The notes below the pieces were generated by a model. That model searched no databases and was not told the origin of the DNA. It saw nothing but the letters and a program-made list of their open reading frames with translations. Position numbers and translations under genes: made by a program. A stretch of 64,000 bases of DNA from an uncultured delta proteobacterium (lineage in GTDB: Bacteria > Desulfobacterota > RBG-13-43-22), in assembly GCA_963743305.1 (NCBI GenBank), contig CAVUPH010000006.1:64001-128000 (forward strand). Direction: 5' to 3'. Positions 10,419-20,219 of the stretch are shown here, in pieces (positions within the stretch are counted from its first letter, which is position 1; every line of letters starts with the position of its first letter).

Positions 10419-13220
10419 ATGACCCGAAAAAAATTCGTGTTCGGTTTTGAAGAAGGCGACGGGAAAAACAAACAACTCCTGGGCGGCAAAGGCGCCAACT
10501 TATGCGGAATGACCCAAATCGGCCTGCCGGTCCCCCCCGGATTCGTTATTACCACCGAGGCCTGTCTTCGGTATTTCGAAGAAAATAAAAAGCTGCCCAA
10601 GGGCCTGATGGAGGAAGTTCGGGCACACATGGAGGACCTGGAGAAAAAGAGCGGCAAGGGTTTCGGCTCCAAAACCAACCCCCTGCTGGTTTCAGTCCGT
10701 TCAGGTTCGGCCATGTCCATGCCGGGCATGATGGATACCATTCTCAACCTAGGTTTAAACGACGAAACCGCCGAAGGCCTCTGTCAACTGACCCAAAACG
10801 ATCGTTTCGTTTATGACGCTTACCGGCGTTTTTTACAGCTTTTCGGCAAGATCGCCCTGAACATCGGAGATGAAGATTTTGACCGGATCATGAACCAGAG
10901 CAAGGAACAAGCCGGGGTCCAAATGGATACGGACCTTCAAGTGGACCAATTAAAAGACTTGGCCCATAAGTTTAAGAAATTGATCAAGGAAAAAACCGGG
11001 AAGGAATTTCCCAATGACGTGAACAAGCAACTGGAACTGTCCATCGAGGCGGTTTTCAGTTCCTGGATGGGTAAACGGGCCGTGGATTATCGCCGGGAGT
11101 TTAACATCACCGCCGATCAGGCAAATGGGACGGCCGTCAATATTGTGGCCATGGTGTTCGGGAACATGGGCGAGACCAGCGCCACCGGAGTGGCCTTTAC
11201 CCGGGACCCGGGCACCGGAGAGAATTATCTTTACGGCGAATATTTAGTCAACGCCCAGGGGGAAGACGTCGTAGCCGGAATCCGCACCCCCAAGCCCCTT
11301 CGACAGTTGCGCAAGGAAATGCCGTCCGTCTACCGGCAACTGGAGGCCCTGCGGCATACCCTGGAAAATCACTACCGGGAAATCCAGGATTTTGAATTCA
11401 CCATCGAAAACGGAAAACTATACTGCCTCCAGACCCGCCACGGGAAAATGAATGCCTGGGCCGCGGTCCGGACCTCCATCGAATTGGTCCATCAGGGGCT
11501 CATCAATGAAGAAGAGGCTATCCTCCGGGTCAAACCGGAACACCTGGAACAGATGCTCCACCCCCAGATCGATCCCAAATATAAGGGGGTCCCTCTGGCT
11601 ACTGGGATCAACGCCTCTCCCGGCGCGGCTTCCGGAAAAATAGTCCTCGATGCCGACAAGGCCGAGGCCCAGGGCCAGTTGGGGGAACCGATCCTCCTGG
11701 TCCGGGAAGAAACCAAACCGGAAGACATCCATGGTTTTTTTGCCGCCCGGGGGATCCTGACCAGCCGTGGGGGAAAGACTTCCCACGCGGCGGTGGTGGC
11801 CCGGGGCATGGGCAAGCCCTGCGTGGCCGGCTGCGAAGCCCTGGAGATCGACCTGAGCAAACGGGAAGTACATCTCGGCAACCAGATCTTTCGGGAAGGG
11901 GAGATCCTGACTATCGATGGATCCGCCGGAGCCGTCTACGCCGGTGAGGTGCCTACCGTGGAACCGGAATTCATGGATGAATTGCTGGAGCTTCTGGGCT
12001 GGGCCGACGACCTGAGATCCCTGGGGGTCATGGCCAACGCCGATACGCCGGAGATGGCCCGAAAGGCCCGAAGCTACGGGGCCCAGGGAATCGGACTGTG
12101 CCGGACCGAGCGGATGTTCAATGCCGTCGACCGGCTGCCCATCGTCCAGCGCATGATCCTGGCCACCGACCCTGAAGACCGGAAGAAAAGGGCCATGGAT
12201 CTCATGCCCTTTCAAAAACAGGACTTCAAGGATATTTTAAAGGCCATGGAGGGCCTGCCGGTGACCATCCGCCTGCTGGATCCTCCCATCCATGAGTTCC
12301 TGCCCTCAGCGGAAGAGCTGATGACCGAAATTTCTCTGCTGAAAGATTTTTCCCGGGGCATCCGGACCATCTTCGAGCTTCCGGAGACCATTAAAATGCT
12401 CGACCCCAACCTGCACAAATACATCCCTTGGATCGAAGCCGTCAGCCGGGAATTGACGGAAATACGGGAAAAGAAAATCGATGAAGACCTGTTGCGCTTC
12501 AAGGAGGAGACCTTAAAGAAGGTGCGGGCCGTGTCCGAAGTCAATCCCATGCTGGGTCACCGGGGGGTGCGGCTCGGCATCTCTTACCCGGAGATCTATG
12601 ATATGCAGATCCAAGCCATCCTGGAAGCCTCGGCTGAACTGCTGAAGGAAGGGGTGGATGTGCGCCCGGAAATCATGGTCCCGCAGGTGGGCGTCGTCGA
12701 AGAATTGGCTTGGGTCAAAGACCGGGTCAAGACGATTTATGAGGACGTTCGCCAGCGCTACCAGGTGGAGATCCCTTATAAATTCGGGACCATGATCGAG
12801 GTGGTCCGGGCCTGCATGCGGGCCAATAAACTGGCCGAAATCTCCGAGTTCTTTTCCTTCGGCACGAACGACCTGACCCAGGCCACCTTCTCCTTCTCCC
12901 GGGAAGACGCCGAGCGGGAGTTTCTGCCCCTGTACGACAAGTATCAGATCCTGCAGGACAACCCCTTTGAAACCCTGGATGAGGAAGGGGTCGGCCGGCT
13001 GATGATGATCAGCGTGGACTTCGCCCGCCAGGTCAAACCGGATTTGAAGATCGGGATCTGCGGGGAACACGGGGGGAACCCCAAGGCCATCTATTTTTGT
13101 CATAAAATCGGGCTCAGCTATGTCTCGGCCTCCCCCCACCGGGTGCCCATTGCCCGCCTGGCGGCCGCCCACGCCGTCTTGACCGCCCGTTTGGCGGATA
13201 AAGAGGCTGATAAGCGCTGA
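10419..13220 (+). CDS. ppdK: Pyruvate phosphate dikinase
   Basis: LLGGKGANL, SVRSG, GGKTSHAAVVARG (phospho-His), GLCRTE, GICGEHGG; ATG at 10419 follows an AAGGAG RBS. Confidence 0.96.
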   Translation: MTRKKFVFGFEEGDGKNKQLLGGKGANLCGMTQIGLPVPPGFVITTEACLRYFEENKKLPKGLMEEVRAHMEDLEKKSGKGFGSKTNPLLVSVRSGSAMSMPGMMDTILNLGLNDETAEGLCQLTQNDRFVYDAYRRFLQLFGKIALNIGDEDFDRIMNQSKEQAGVQMDTDLQVDQLKDLAHKFKKLIKEKTGKEFPNDVNKQLELSIEAVFSSWMGKRAVDYRREFNITADQANGTAVNIVAMVFGNMGETSATGVAFTRDPGTGENYLYGEYLVNAQGEDVVAGIRTPKPLRQLRKEMPSVYRQLEALRHTLENHYREIQDFEFTIENGKLYCLQTRHGKMNAWAAVRTSIELVHQGLINEEEAILRVKPEHLEQMLHPQIDPKYKGVPLATGINASPGAASGKIVLDADKAEAQGQLGEPILLVREETKPEDIHGFFAARGILTSRGGKTSHAAVVARGMGKPCVAGCEALEIDLSKREVHLGNQIFREGEILTIDGSAGAVYAGEVPTVEPEFMDELLELLGWADDLRSLGVMANADTPEMARKARSYGAQGIGLCRTERMFNAVDRLPIVQRMILATDPEDRKKRAMDLMPFQKQDFKDILKAMEGLPVTIRLLDPPIHEFLPSAEELMTEISLLKDFSRGIRTIFELPETIKMLDPNLHKYIPWIEAVSRELTEIREKKIDEDLLRFKEETLKKVRAVSEVNPMLGHRGVRLGISYPEIYDMQIQAILEASAELLKEGVDVRPEIMVPQVGVVEELAWVKDRVKTIYEDVRQRYQVEIPYKFGTMIEVVRACMRANKLAEISEFFSFGTNDLTQATFSFSREDAEREFLPLYDKYQILQDNPFETLDEEGVGRLMMISVDFARQVKPDLKIGICGEHGGNPKAIYFCHKIGLSYVSASPHRVPIARLAAAHAVLTARLADKEADKR

Positions 13221-13238
13221 TCCCCTCACTGAGGGAGG

Positions 13239-14024
13239 CTACCCTTTCGAGCCCAGGCGCAACCCCCCGTGGATAAAGAAGGTCTCCCCGGCCAGGGCCT
13301 CATTCCGATAGATCTCGCCTACCAGGGAGGCCACCTCCTCCGGCTCGATCAGACGCCCCAGGGGGACGTCGGCCACTATCTTTTCCAGGGCTTTCTGATT
13401 CATGCCCCGCACCATATCGGTACCCACATACCCGGGGGCCACGGCGGCGCAGCGGATCCGATCCGCCAGGCCCCGCCGGAAAAATTCGGCGGTCAACACT
13501 TTGGGCATCACCGACATGGCCGCCTTGGTGGAGGCGTAGTTGATCTGGCCGGCCGTCCCCAGGGACCCGGTGGAAGAGATCAGGCAGATCAGCCCCCGGC
13601 AGGCGTGGTTGATCATCCGCTCGACGCATTCCCGGACGGTCAGAAATACTCCGGTCAGATTGATGTCGATGACCCTTTGGAACGTGCCCAGCGACATCTT
13701 CTTGGTCACCTTTCCCGTTTCGCGATCGGTGGCCACCAGCAGGCCGTCCAGGATGATACCCGCAAAGGGGGCCACCAGGTTGATCTTCCCGAAGCGGTCG
13801 ATCGCCGTATCCGCCAACCGAGCGCAATCGTCTTCTTGGGTCACATCGCAGACGACCGTAACCGTCTCCGGTCCGAGTTCGGCCCTGGCCTTTCCCAGGG
13901 CCGCTTCCGCCACGTCGGCCAATACCACGCGGCCGCCTCCGGCCGTCCAATACCGGGCCAGGGCCAGGCCGATGCCTCCTCCGCCGCCGGTGATGACCGC
14001 CACTGAATCCTTGATATCTAGCAT
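13239..14024 (-). CDS. SDR oxidoreductase (FabG-like)
   Basis: TGGGGGIG, YASTK. Confidence 0.88.
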   Translation of the reverse strand: MLDIKDSVAVITGGGGGIGLALARYWTAGGGRVVLADVAEAALGKARAELGPETVTVVCDVTQEDDCARLADTAIDRFGKINLVAPFAGIILDGLLVATDRETGKVTKKMSLGTFQRVIDINLTGVFLTVRECVERMINHACRGLICLISSTGSLGTAGQINYASTKAAMSVMPKVLTAEFFRRGLADRIRCAAVAPGYVGTDMVRGMNQKALEKIVADVPLGRLIEPEEVASLVGEIYRNEALAGETFFIHGGLRLGSKG

Positions 14025-14093
14025 GGTTTCCCTCCCTATTCTTTACCGTATTACCTGTCGCTTTATGGTCTATTCTATTTCCAAGAAATTTCC

Positions 14094-14178
14094 CGTCATC
14101 CCCGAATGCCTTTATCGGGGATCCCGTCTTTCCTGAAAAATAGCTGGATTCCCCCTCAAAAACGCTGCGGGAATGACG
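14094..14178. repeat. REP-like palindromic element
   Basis: CGTCATCCCCG...CGGGAATGACG terminal arms with internal hairpins. Confidence 0.6.
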
Positions 14179-14208
14179 TCCACCGTTGTTACTGCTATTT
14201 CGAGACCG

Positions 14209-14988
14209 TTAAATAAACCCTCTAATGAGGGTGCAGAAGGTGTCCATTTTTTCCAGAAAGGCCGCGTGGCCGGTATCCGGCAGGCAGACGATCTGGGAAT
14301 GAATCAAGGCCCGGCTCATTTCGAGCATCTGGGCGTAGGGCGTGATAATATCTTCCCGGGCGGCTATCAAGAGGACGGGGTGTTGAATCTTGGAAAGTTC
14401 GGCCCGGATATCGTAGGTGGCGTTGGAAGAGGCCAAACGGATAAAGCCGTCGAACCATTCCCGGGTCAATGCTTCCTTAAAAAGTTTTTTGCGAATCTCC
14501 AGCCAGTCATAATGGTGGTTGTAAAAGTTCCGGGAATAGATCGGCGGCAGGGCCAGGTCGAAGAAGGCCTCCCCGTCGTACAACCGGGCGGCCCGCTTCC
14601 ACTGCTCCCCCAGAGCCAGCAGGTATTTATCCACGTAGGCCGAGGTGTTGGACAAGACCAGTTTGTCCACCTGCTCCGGATAGCGCAAGGTGAAGATCAG
14701 GCCCACCTGACCGCCGTAGGAAAGGCCCCAGAAATGGGCTTTCGGGATATTCAAGTGATCCAGGAGTCTCTTCAGGTCTTCGGCATGGAGGGCATTATCA
14801 TAGCCCTCCTCCAGCCGGCTGGATCGGCCCTGGTCCCGCATATCATACACGATGAGCTGGTAGCGGTCTTTCAGTTTGGCAATGTGATCCACCCAGCTCA
14901 GCGTATTCATCATGATCCCGTTCAGCAGAACGAGCGGGGGCCCCTGGCCGTGGATTTCATAGTAGATGCCCAGTTCTTCGAAATACAT
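14209..14988 (-). CDS. Alpha/beta hydrolase (enol-lactonase/esterase-like)
   Basis: GLSYGG nucleophile elbow, EDII Asp, TGH His. Confidence 0.85.
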   Translation of the reverse strand: MYFEELGIYYEIHGQGPPLVLLNGIMMNTLSWVDHIAKLKDRYQLIVYDMRDQGRSSRLEEGYDNALHAEDLKRLLDHLNIPKAHFWGLSYGGQVGLIFTLRYPEQVDKLVLSNTSAYVDKYLLALGEQWKRAARLYDGEAFFDLALPPIYSRNFYNHHYDWLEIRKKLFKEALTREWFDGFIRLASSNATYDIRAELSKIQHPVLLIAAREDIITPYAQMLEMSRALIHSQIVCLPDTGHAAFLEKMDTFCTLIRGFI

Positions 14989-15095
14989 ATTTGCCTCTTT
15001 GAATTTGGCTTAGCTGACTTCCCCGGTTAAACTCGAAATCCGGTTACACTTTAGGTGTTTAAAAAAATATGCGTTTCAGAACAGCGTTAGAGTCA

Positions 15096-15280
15096 AAATC
15101 CACCTCAATCCCCCTTTTTAAAAGGGGGAGGTCTTTCTCCTCCCTTTGGAAAAGGGAGGCCGGGAGGGATTTATGAATGCTTTTTCAAACAACTCAATTA
15201 ATACAAAATCCGAAATTCGAAACCGACTCGGCTAAGCCTTTCGGTAAACTCAAGGCCCTGAGCTTGTCGAAGGGCTCGTC
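15096..15280. repeat. Cluster of REP-like hairpins
   Basis: TCCCCCTTTT/AAAAGGGGGA and CCTCCCTTT/AAAGGGAGG tandem hairpins, then CCTGAGCTTGTCGAAGGG (related motif at about 43348 and 49717). Confidence 0.6.
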
Positions 15281-15320
15281 GCTGGCTGAAACAAATTTAA
15301 CCCGATGCACTATTTTCCGA

Positions 15321-16334
15321 TCACCCCTCTGCTCCCCAGCGGACCACCGCGGCGGCATACGTGAATCCGATGCCGGCGGCGACTACCAGAACACAGGAGC
15401 CCTCCCGAACCGCGCCGGTTTTCAATCCCAGATCCAGAGCCAGCAGAACGTCATTGGTCCCGTGGCAGCCCCATGGGTCGAGGCCGGGTGATAGCTCCGG
15501 ATCGATTCTCAGTCGGGAGAGCACATGCCGACGCTGAATCGGGGGCAGGTGTCGCAGAGCCAGGAAATCGGCCCGCCGTCCCGCCAGGGCTTTGGACGCC
15601 GTCTCGATCAGGGCCTCGATCCAGCGTCCGGCCAGGTAGTCCCTGACCTTCTCGGGATGGGGTGTGTTATAAAACATGAGCGGGGAGCCTAGGTTGTCGG
15701 GACGGAAGGGGATCTCCGTACCCCCGCCGGGAACATAGACCTCGTCCGCCATTTCCGAATCCACGATGAATACGATTTCCTCCAGGCTATGGCGGAACCC
15801 CTGCCTGCGCAGGACCAGGGCGCCGCCTCCGGCGGATAGAGGCAGCAGCCAGCGGGTATCGGGGTTGCGGTAATCCACCAGGTCCACATTGCGGGTTCCC
15901 CCGGCCAGCAAGACGGTGTTGATGGTCGGGTCGCTGATCATCATGTCCCGGGCCAGTCGCAAACCGAGCAGAGTGGTCACCCCCTGCCCTACCAAGTCGA
16001 AAGCCCAGGCCCGTCGGCAGCCCACCTCTTCCTGCAGCCGAATGGCGGCCGTCTGGGCCACATAGTCTTTGTATTCCTCGCCGGTCCAGAGGACCAGATC
16101 CACGTCCTCCGGTCTTATTTCACCGGCGCGTTCCAGGGCCTGCTTCGCGGCCTTGACCGCCATGGGGATCGGCTGGTCATCGAGACCGGGCCGGCACTTG
16201 CGCTCAATACCCAGGGCCCTGACCTCCTCGATCGCCAGACCCGATCGGAGCGCCACTTCCTCGGCGGTTTCAAACTCCGCCGGGGTATGTAAACCGTAAC
16301 TCACTATTCCGATTTTTCCTTCTGTCGTACTCAT
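15321..16334 (-). CDS. KAS III/FabH-like protein lacking the catalytic Cys
   Basis: Thiolase-fold KAS III features (AVKAAKQAL, AAGIGFTYAA); AFDLVGQGVTT has Gly where the paralogue has Cys. Confidence 0.8.
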   Translation of the reverse strand: MSTTEGKIGIVSYGLHTPAEFETAEEVALRSGLAIEEVRALGIERKCRPGLDDQPIPMAVKAAKQALERAGEIRPEDVDLVLWTGEEYKDYVAQTAAIRLQEEVGCRRAWAFDLVGQGVTTLLGLRLARDMMISDPTINTVLLAGGTRNVDLVDYRNPDTRWLLPLSAGGGALVLRRQGFRHSLEEIVFIVDSEMADEVYVPGGGTEIPFRPDNLGSPLMFYNTPHPEKVRDYLAGRWIEALIETASKALAGRRADFLALRHLPPIQRRHVLSRLRIDPELSPGLDPWGCHGTNDVLLALDLGLKTGAVREGSCVLVVAAGIGFTYAAAVVRWGAEG

Positions 16335-16380
16335 ATCAGATCTTGTTCCCTTAGGTATCTATCTTAGTCCAAACACCTGT

Positions 16381-16477
16381 GTCATGGCGAGCGAAGCGAA
16401 GCAATCCCCCGCTTGGGTCTGGCCAGGGTTGAATACTGCCCGGGAGATTGCTTCGTCACTTCGCTCCTCGCAATGAC
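16381..16477. repeat. REP-like palindromic element
   Basis: GTCATGGCGAG...CTCGCAATGAC; right arm is 30/32 identical (inverted) to 555-586. Confidence 0.7.
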
Positions 16478-16519
16478 CGAGGGTCTGTATTTTCATGCTT
16501 CGCCGGTGACCCCGCCCAC

Positions 16520-18043
16520 TCATAAGTTATCCGCCTTACCATGTTTTTCCTTAAGAATAAACTTCTGAACTTTCTCCGAAGCCACCGTTCGCGGCAACGA
16601 CTTAAGGAGGATCAGGTATTTGGGAATCTTATATTTCGCTATTTTATTGCGCAAAAAATCCTGGAGTTCCTCCAGGCCCAGGCTCTCGCCGGGATGCGGC
16701 ACCAAACAGGCCTTGCCGACCTCCCCCCACTTCTCATCCGGAACGCCGATAACCGCCACGGCGGCCACCCGGGGATGGGTTTCGATCAGCCGCTCGATTT
16801 CGGCGGGATAGATGTTGACGCCTCCGGAGATGAACATATCTTTCTTACGGCCCACAAGGCGATAATGACCGTCGGCGTCCTTTTGGATCAGGTCTCCGGT
16901 ATGGAACCAGCCATCCTTCAGGGCCTCGGCGGTGGCCTCGGGCTTGTTCCAATAGCCGGCACAGACCATATCGCCGCGGACGATCAATTCCCCGTCGGTG
17001 CCCGCGGGTACTTCGTTCCCCTGGTCATCGATCTGCTTCAGGTCCACATGAGGCATGGGACGGCCCACGGTTTTCAATTTTCCGTCGGCCATGAACAGGT
17101 TGGGACCCGCCTCGGTCAGGCCATATCCTTCTCGGAGATGAAGGCCCTTTTCCTTTTTAAAAGTCTGAAATATCCTTTCAGTCAGCGGCGCACCGCCGGA
17201 GACCAGGAACCAGATACTGGATAAATCGGCGTCCGCAAACCGGGGAGATTCCATCAGCATTTGGTACATGGTCGGGACCGCGAAGAAGACGGTGACCCGT
17301 TCCCGTTCGATAAGGTCCAGTATCAAGTCGGCCTCGAAGCGCTGGATGAGGATGTTGGTCCCCAGTCCATGGAACAAGGGCAGGGTAAAGACGTTCCAGC
17401 CGGCGGTATAGAAAAGGGCGGAGTGCAGGATGGTCCGCTCGCCCCGGCGTAGTCCCCAGCCCAAATGGCTGTTGATGGAATTCCAGGTGATCATGCCGTA
17501 GGTCAGGATCACCCCCTTGGGCAGACCGGTGGTGCCCGAGGTATAAATGATCAATTGGGGATCATTCGCTTTCAGGTCCACTTCCGGAAGCGGGTCGGCG
17601 GGCAATTGGTCCCAGCGGGAAGCCAGGCTGGGGCCCAGTCGGTCATCCGGATCCAGGCAGACATAATGGTCCACGTTCAGTCGGGGCTGCAGTTCCCGTA
17701 CCACCTCCAGGTGTTCCCGATCAAAGAAGCAGGCCCGGGGAGCGGCGTCCTTAAAAAAATAAGAGAATTCATCGATGGCCAGACGAAAATTAAGGGGCAC
17801 CAGAATGGCCCCCAGTCGACCGGCGGCAAAGAAAAGGGCGATATAATCCGCCCGGTTGTAGGCCAGCACGGCTACCCGATCGCCTTTGCTTATTCCCAAC
17901 CGGACCGACAGAAAATGGGCCAGACGATTGACGTCACGGTTGAGTTCACCATAGGTCAGGCGTTGATTCCGGGGGATATCCACCAGGGCTTCAATCTCCG
18001 GAACGCTTTTTCCCCAGCGACCGATCCAATCACCGTAGAGCAT
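16520..18043 (-). CDS. Acyl-CoA synthetase (AMP-binding, MenE/FadD-like)
   Basis: YTSGTTGLPKG, GYGLTE, FHTGD, GRKKDMFISGG. Confidence 0.9.
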   Translation of the reverse strand: MLYGDWIGRWGKSVPEIEALVDIPRNQRLTYGELNRDVNRLAHFLSVRLGISKGDRVAVLAYNRADYIALFFAAGRLGAILVPLNFRLAIDEFSYFFKDAAPRACFFDREHLEVVRELQPRLNVDHYVCLDPDDRLGPSLASRWDQLPADPLPEVDLKANDPQLIIYTSGTTGLPKGVILTYGMITWNSINSHLGWGLRRGERTILHSALFYTAGWNVFTLPLFHGLGTNILIQRFEADLILDLIERERVTVFFAVPTMYQMLMESPRFADADLSSIWFLVSGGAPLTERIFQTFKKEKGLHLREGYGLTEAGPNLFMADGKLKTVGRPMPHVDLKQIDDQGNEVPAGTDGELIVRGDMVCAGYWNKPEATAEALKDGWFHTGDLIQKDADGHYRLVGRKKDMFISGGVNIYPAEIERLIETHPRVAAVAVIGVPDEKWGEVGKACLVPHPGESLGLEELQDFLRNKIAKYKIPKYLILLKSLPRTVASEKVQKFILKEKHGKADNL

Positions 18044-19102
18044 TTATTCCCCACCGCCCTTCTGGGGTCGACACGCGCCCCAGCGCAACAACACTACGTT
18101 CCAGGCATACCCGATCCCGGCGGAAATCATCAGGACCAGATCCCCTTCCTGGAGGCGCCCCTCCTCCAACGCCAGCTCCAGGGAGAGGATCTGATCGTTT
18201 TGGCCGTGGTGGCCGAACTCGGCCAGATAGCGCGTCTGTTCCGGTCGCAGGCCGAGGGACTTCATCAGAAAGTCGTGGGCGCTGCGCTTGACCAGCAGGG
18301 TCGCCAGGTAATCGACATCGGACCGGGCATATCCCCCTTTGGCCAGGGCCTGGTCGATGCAGAGGAGCCAGTTGCTCAGGCTCAGTCGCTCCAGCCTGTC
18401 CTTCATGCCCACCGGGTCCATCACGTCCAGATACTGTTTTCCCGTCTTCAGTCCCTCCAGGGTCAGGGGGGCGGCCGACCCTCCCTCGGGGCAGTAGACG
18501 TCCCAGGCGAAGGATCCGTCGGTCAGGAAGTGGCTTTCCAGTATCTCGTTGCGAGGACAGTCCCGCTGGACCACGCAGGCGGCCCCGCCGGCCGCCAGGT
18601 AATAGAGCCAGCGCACCCGGGGATTAGGGTAATGGATCAAATCGGCATTGCGGTATCCGCTGACGATCAGGATATTTTTCAACCCGGGATCCGACCGGAT
18701 CATGTCCCGGACCAGCTTGAAAGCCACCAGGGTCGTACCGCAGCGTTGCTGCAGATCAAAGGACCAGGCCCGGCGCAGCCCCAGTTCTTTCTGGATCTTG
18801 GGGCCCACCGGCCAATTGCGATATTCCTTGACCTCTTCGCCGCTGTAGATAACCAGATCGATCTCCTCCGGTTTTAATCCCGAGTAATAGAGGGCCTTGC
18901 GAGCGGCCTTCAGTCCCATGGCCACCGTCCCGTCACCCGGGCCGGGGACGTTCTTCTGGTACCAGCCCAGTTTGGTGCGGATAATTTCCGCCGGGGTCTC
19001 GCATTGCGAGGCGATAAAATCGGCGTCATGATAGGTCCGCGGTATATAAGTGGCCAGGCTGAGCAGGCCGGCGGACGGAAGTTCATCAGACATGGCGCGC
19101 AT
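18044..19102 (-). CDS. KAS III/FabH-like condensing enzyme
   Basis: SFDLQQRCGTT (catalytic Cys), FGHHGQND, SAGIGYAW; start at 19102 overlaps the upstream stop (TGATG); the 19435 ORF extension is spurious. Confidence 0.85.
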   Translation of the reverse strand: MRAMSDELPSAGLLSLATYIPRTYHDADFIASQCETPAEIIRTKLGWYQKNVPGPGDGTVAMGLKAARKALYYSGLKPEEIDLVIYSGEEVKEYRNWPVGPKIQKELGLRRAWSFDLQQRCGTTLVAFKLVRDMIRSDPGLKNILIVSGYRNADLIHYPNPRVRWLYYLAAGGAACVVQRDCPRNEILESHFLTDGSFAWDVYCPEGGSAAPLTLEGLKTGKQYLDVMDPVGMKDRLERLSLSNWLLCIDQALAKGGYARSDVDYLATLLVKRSAHDFLMKSLGLRPEQTRYLAEFGHHGQNDQILSLELALEEGRLQEGDLVLMISAGIGYAWNVVLLRWGACRPQKGGGE

Positions 19103-20205
19103 CAGCCCCCTTCCGGACGGCGACCCTGGCGCCGTTTGATTATTTCCCGGGCGGTCCCCACGAAGCCTTTGGGGAAGAAAAAAACTACTAAAATGAAAAG
19201 GATGCCAAAATAGAGAATCCAGCGCTCGGCCAGGCGTTGGGCGATTTCGACATGGGGCAGCAGACTCCTGGCCACCTTCTGGAGGTCCGGCAGCCAGGTC
19301 TCGGCAATTTTGATGAAGGCGGCCCCGACGATGCTGCCGTACATCGTCCCCAGACCGCCGATGATGACCATGAGCAGCACGTTGAGCATGATGGGCAGGC
19401 TTAAGACGGAGCCGGGATTCACGTAGCACAGCCACATGGCATACAGGATCCCGGTCAATGAGGCGATACTGGAACTGAAAACGATGGCCAGGACCTGGTA
19501 GCGAAAGGTGTGATACCCCAAGGCGGTGGCCCGCGGTTCATTGTCACGGACGGCCTTGAGCACCCGTCCCACCGGGGAGCGGACAAACCGCAGCAAGCCG
19601 ATAAACAGGAGCACGGAAACGATCAAAATAAAATAATAGGTCATGAGCCGTCCGTTGACCTCCATCCCGAACAACCGGGGGGCCGACCAATCCACGTTGA
19701 AAATACCGGGCAGCTTGAAAGACACCCCGTCTTCGGCTCGGGTCAGATCATACCACTGGACCGCCAGGATATCGGCGAATTCCGCCAGGGCCAGCGTCAT
19801 CATGGCGAAGAAGATGGCCTTGACCCGGAGAGAAAAGAAGGCGATGACCAAAGCCATGGAAATGCTTAAGCCCAGGGCCACCCCGGCGGCCAGGATAATA
19901 TGGACCATGGTGGGCGGGCCCCAGTGGTAAATAACCAGGGCCAGGGAATAGGCCCCGATGCCGAAAAACATGGAATGGCCGAGAGAAAGCAGGCCGCTGT
20001 ATCCGAGAAGAAGATCGTAAGAGGCCACGAACACGGCAAAGATCATGATCTTGGCCACCAGATCGATGACCCTGAAGGAGGAAAAGGTCCAGGGGACGGC
20101 CAGTAAGACGGCCACCAGGATCACCTGAACAATAAAGGAGGGCCGGGTATACCGGGTTCGCTGTTCGAGGAGTCTTTCCTGTTGAACCGGACTGATGTGG
20201 GTCAC
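19102..20205 (-). CDS. Liv-type ABC transporter permease (LivM-like)
   Basis: GYSGLLSLGHSMFFGIGAY, SPVGRVLKAVRDNE, IIGGLG. Confidence 0.9.
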   Translation of the reverse strand: MTHISPVQQERLLEQRTRYTRPSFIVQVILVAVLLAVPWTFSSFRVIDLVAKIMIFAVFVASYDLLLGYSGLLSLGHSMFFGIGAYSLALVIYHWGPPTMVHIILAAGVALGLSISMALVIAFFSLRVKAIFFAMMTLALAEFADILAVQWYDLTRAEDGVSFKLPGIFNVDWSAPRLFGMEVNGRLMTYYFILIVSVLLFIGLLRFVRSPVGRVLKAVRDNEPRATALGYHTFRYQVLAIVFSSSIASLTGILYAMWLCYVNPGSVLSLPIMLNVLLMVIIGGLGTMYGSIVGAAFIKIAETWLPDLQKVARSLLPHVEIAQRLAERWILYFGILFILVVFFFPKGFVGTAREIIKRRQGRRPEGG

Positions 20206-20219
20206 CGCTGCCTCCCTGT

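Noticed and set aside
19103-19435. N-terminal extension of the 463-aa KAS III ORF
   Set aside because: Overlaps the permease out of frame; the TGATG coupling at 19102 gives the real start.
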